From the human T2T-CHM13v2.0 reference genome, Homo sapiens, in NCBI RefSeq assembly GCF_009914755.1, contig NC_060936.1: a stretch of DNA of 64,000 bases. One strand, 5' to 3'. This document shows positions 61,852-64,000 of the stretch, in pieces (positions within the stretch are counted from its first letter, which is position 1; each line of letters starts with the position of its first letter). The notes beneath the pieces are model-generated. The model searched no databases, was not told where the DNA came from, and saw nothing but the letters and a program-made list of their open reading frames with translations. Position numbers and translations under genes: made by a program.

Positions 61852-64000
61852 GTAAGAATTTTCTTGGTTATTTTATTGGAAGGGCTCCTTGAAAGTGGAA
61901 TTTCTTCTTCATGTGTTTATTTGAGCCATCCAGAAGCATGAAAATTCTGAGATTTATATTTTTAGAGAAGATAAGCACAAAAAAAAATTTCTTTTGAAGA
62001 GGTAAAATAAGATTTAGTGTTTCTGGAATCTTGCCAATAAGTGCTCATAGGAATTAAGAAAGGCATTATGTTAGTTTAGGATTCCAAAAGACAAGCCAAA
62101 TAGCTATAATTTGTTGAATATGTACTATGGAGGGGTGCTTGCCAACATCATATTTAATCAGTAAAACTACCATGAGGGTAGGTACAACTAGAACATTTTC
62201 CACATAAGGGAGTTGAGACCCAGGGAGTTTTCCATTCATCTGGACAGCCAGTAAGTGAAGGGGTTGGGATTTCAAACTAGGTCTTGATGACTCCCCGAAC
62301 AACTCAATATTTTACATGGAGAAGACATTCATTGATTTGTTTCTCCTTCCAAATTTTCACATGTCAGACCTCGATGTATGTTATCCCTTAGATTATTTTT
62401 GTTCAGTCATATATCTAGTACACTATTATAGTAAATACAATACAAATAAGAGAGAAGAGAAACTTGGTAATAATGGAGATTGTATTCTCTGTGAGTGTTC
62501 TTATATTTCTTCCTTTTACAAAGAGAATGCACTTGGTAATTGTCGGTCAAATGCATAAATGAATTAATTGGTTATCTGAATTTCAATGAGGCTGCTGCTT
62601 TTGCCAGGGAGTCAACACGATTTTCCAGGAAGTTAAAAGAGTACCTACATGCATTAGAAATGTGGAAGTTATTTTTCCTTCCCAGAAAACCTGTTTTGAA
62701 ATATTACATCACAACAGTCCTTTGCTCCCCTCTCTTCCCTCCTCTTCCCTTATCTTTCCCAAGAGCATTTTTGATCAGATTCCACGTTAAAGGTATTTCT
62801 CATTGGCAAGAATAAAGTGCTTACTTGATCAAAAGTTTTTGTGTTTGAACCACAGGGTCTCCTCCCTGGAGAACCAGGCCGCTTTCATTAAAGTACCTGC
62901 CTGCTGTGTAGCTTTATTGGTCTTGCAATGAGTAGTTAGTTCAGAAAGTTGACAGAATAGTTGATATTGTTATCAATGGGTGTGACATACAATTTTTATG
63001 AGTGATATTACAAAATTCTGAAATCTTTTTGAAATATGTACTTTTAGAATTCATAGGCAAAATTTTATTTTAAACCGGATCAATGTTTTGTTTTGTTCTG
63101 TTTTCCTTCTCTTTTCTCCCTGTATTTCAACTTCCCTGTTAGAATCTGTTATACTTAAATCTCCCTGGTGGTCACCCAAGGCAGAAAGGAATACTTGACC
63201 TCATTTGCATGGAAGGTGGCACTGTTATCTACTCCAGGTATAACTGGCTGGGAACTTCCCAGCTTGACCCTAATGTAAAATTCACAAGTGCTTATATTGC
63301 AAGTACAGCAAGAGAAATAAAATGTGGATCTTTATTTGTCCCCTTCAGACCAGTAATTAGCAGAGGAACTCAATGTATAACTTCAGGGGGTTCCATGTAA
63401 CTGTCAGCTTGCAGCAGGAAGCATTTCTGTTCCTCTGTTTCACTCACAATTGAACCACGCAGCCTTTCATCTGTAGAAAAGAGCTTTGCTCACCATTGCC
63501 GCTACTTGTTAAGCTACCTTATGGTGTATATAATTGAATGACTTGACTTATCCCAGCATACTTCTTTTTATATATCTAGGGGAGTTACCACAGCCCATGG
63601 TGCTTTGTAAAATTTCTCTTAAAGTTCTACTTATTTTATATATCTACAGATATTTAGACCTATATGTTAATGGATTTATAAATATGCTTTGTAAATACCC
63701 CTTACATAAAAACCCCTAAGCACATACGCATTTTGACAAATCTCTACTTTCCATTATACATTATGAATCGTATTTTAAATAAATTCTATAGAAACCAGCT
63801 TAGTATTTGCTGGTGATGCATATGGATGTATCCTAGATATCAGCTGAGGCTGCCTTGACCCTTCATATCTAAGATGGTTTTCCAGACATATTCTACCCTT
63901 TCTACATGCCCTAATTTGATCTATAAGCATTTACTGAGTGCCTACCGTGGACATTTTTCTATGAGAAGCAGATATACCAGTGAATGAACAAGGCAAAAAT
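61852..64000 (+). other. TRHDE: Start of the next TRHDE intron
   Basis: Begins with GTAAGA; the next coding exon (DLLAVP...AAMEN) is not in the window. Confidence 0.85.
62100..62300 (-). mobile_element. MIR SINE
   Basis: atttaatcagtaaaactaccatgagggtagg...ttgagacccaggga...gggatttcaaactaggtct. Confidence 0.6.

Overview
Primate (most likely human) intronic DNA. The only host coding sequence I can support is one 127-bp internal exon at 61725-61851 (+). It encodes VRLYARPDAIRRGSGDYALHITKRLIEFYEDYFKVPYSLPKL(D), which I recognise as TRHDE (pyroglutamyl peptidase II, M1 aminopeptidase family). The rest is long, AT-rich TRHDE intron packed with interspersed repeats: L1PA/L1MA/L1M, Alu, MIR, L2, MaLR and ERV solo LTRs, Tigger and hAT DNA transposons, and microsatellites. 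The long ORFs in the track are L1 ORF2 fragments. I see no novel gene system. The best leads are: (1) two neighbouring young L1s that share five non-consensus substitutions and have patchy identity, suggesting local gene conversion or sibling insertions; (2) two 5'-inverted (twin-primed) L1s; (3) a recursive-splice-site-like CAG|GTGAG in the long intron; (4) a CpG-rich intronic regulatory candidate next to an old local duplication. Repeat subfamily names come from remembered consensus sequences, not from a search, and boundaries of old repeats are approximate.
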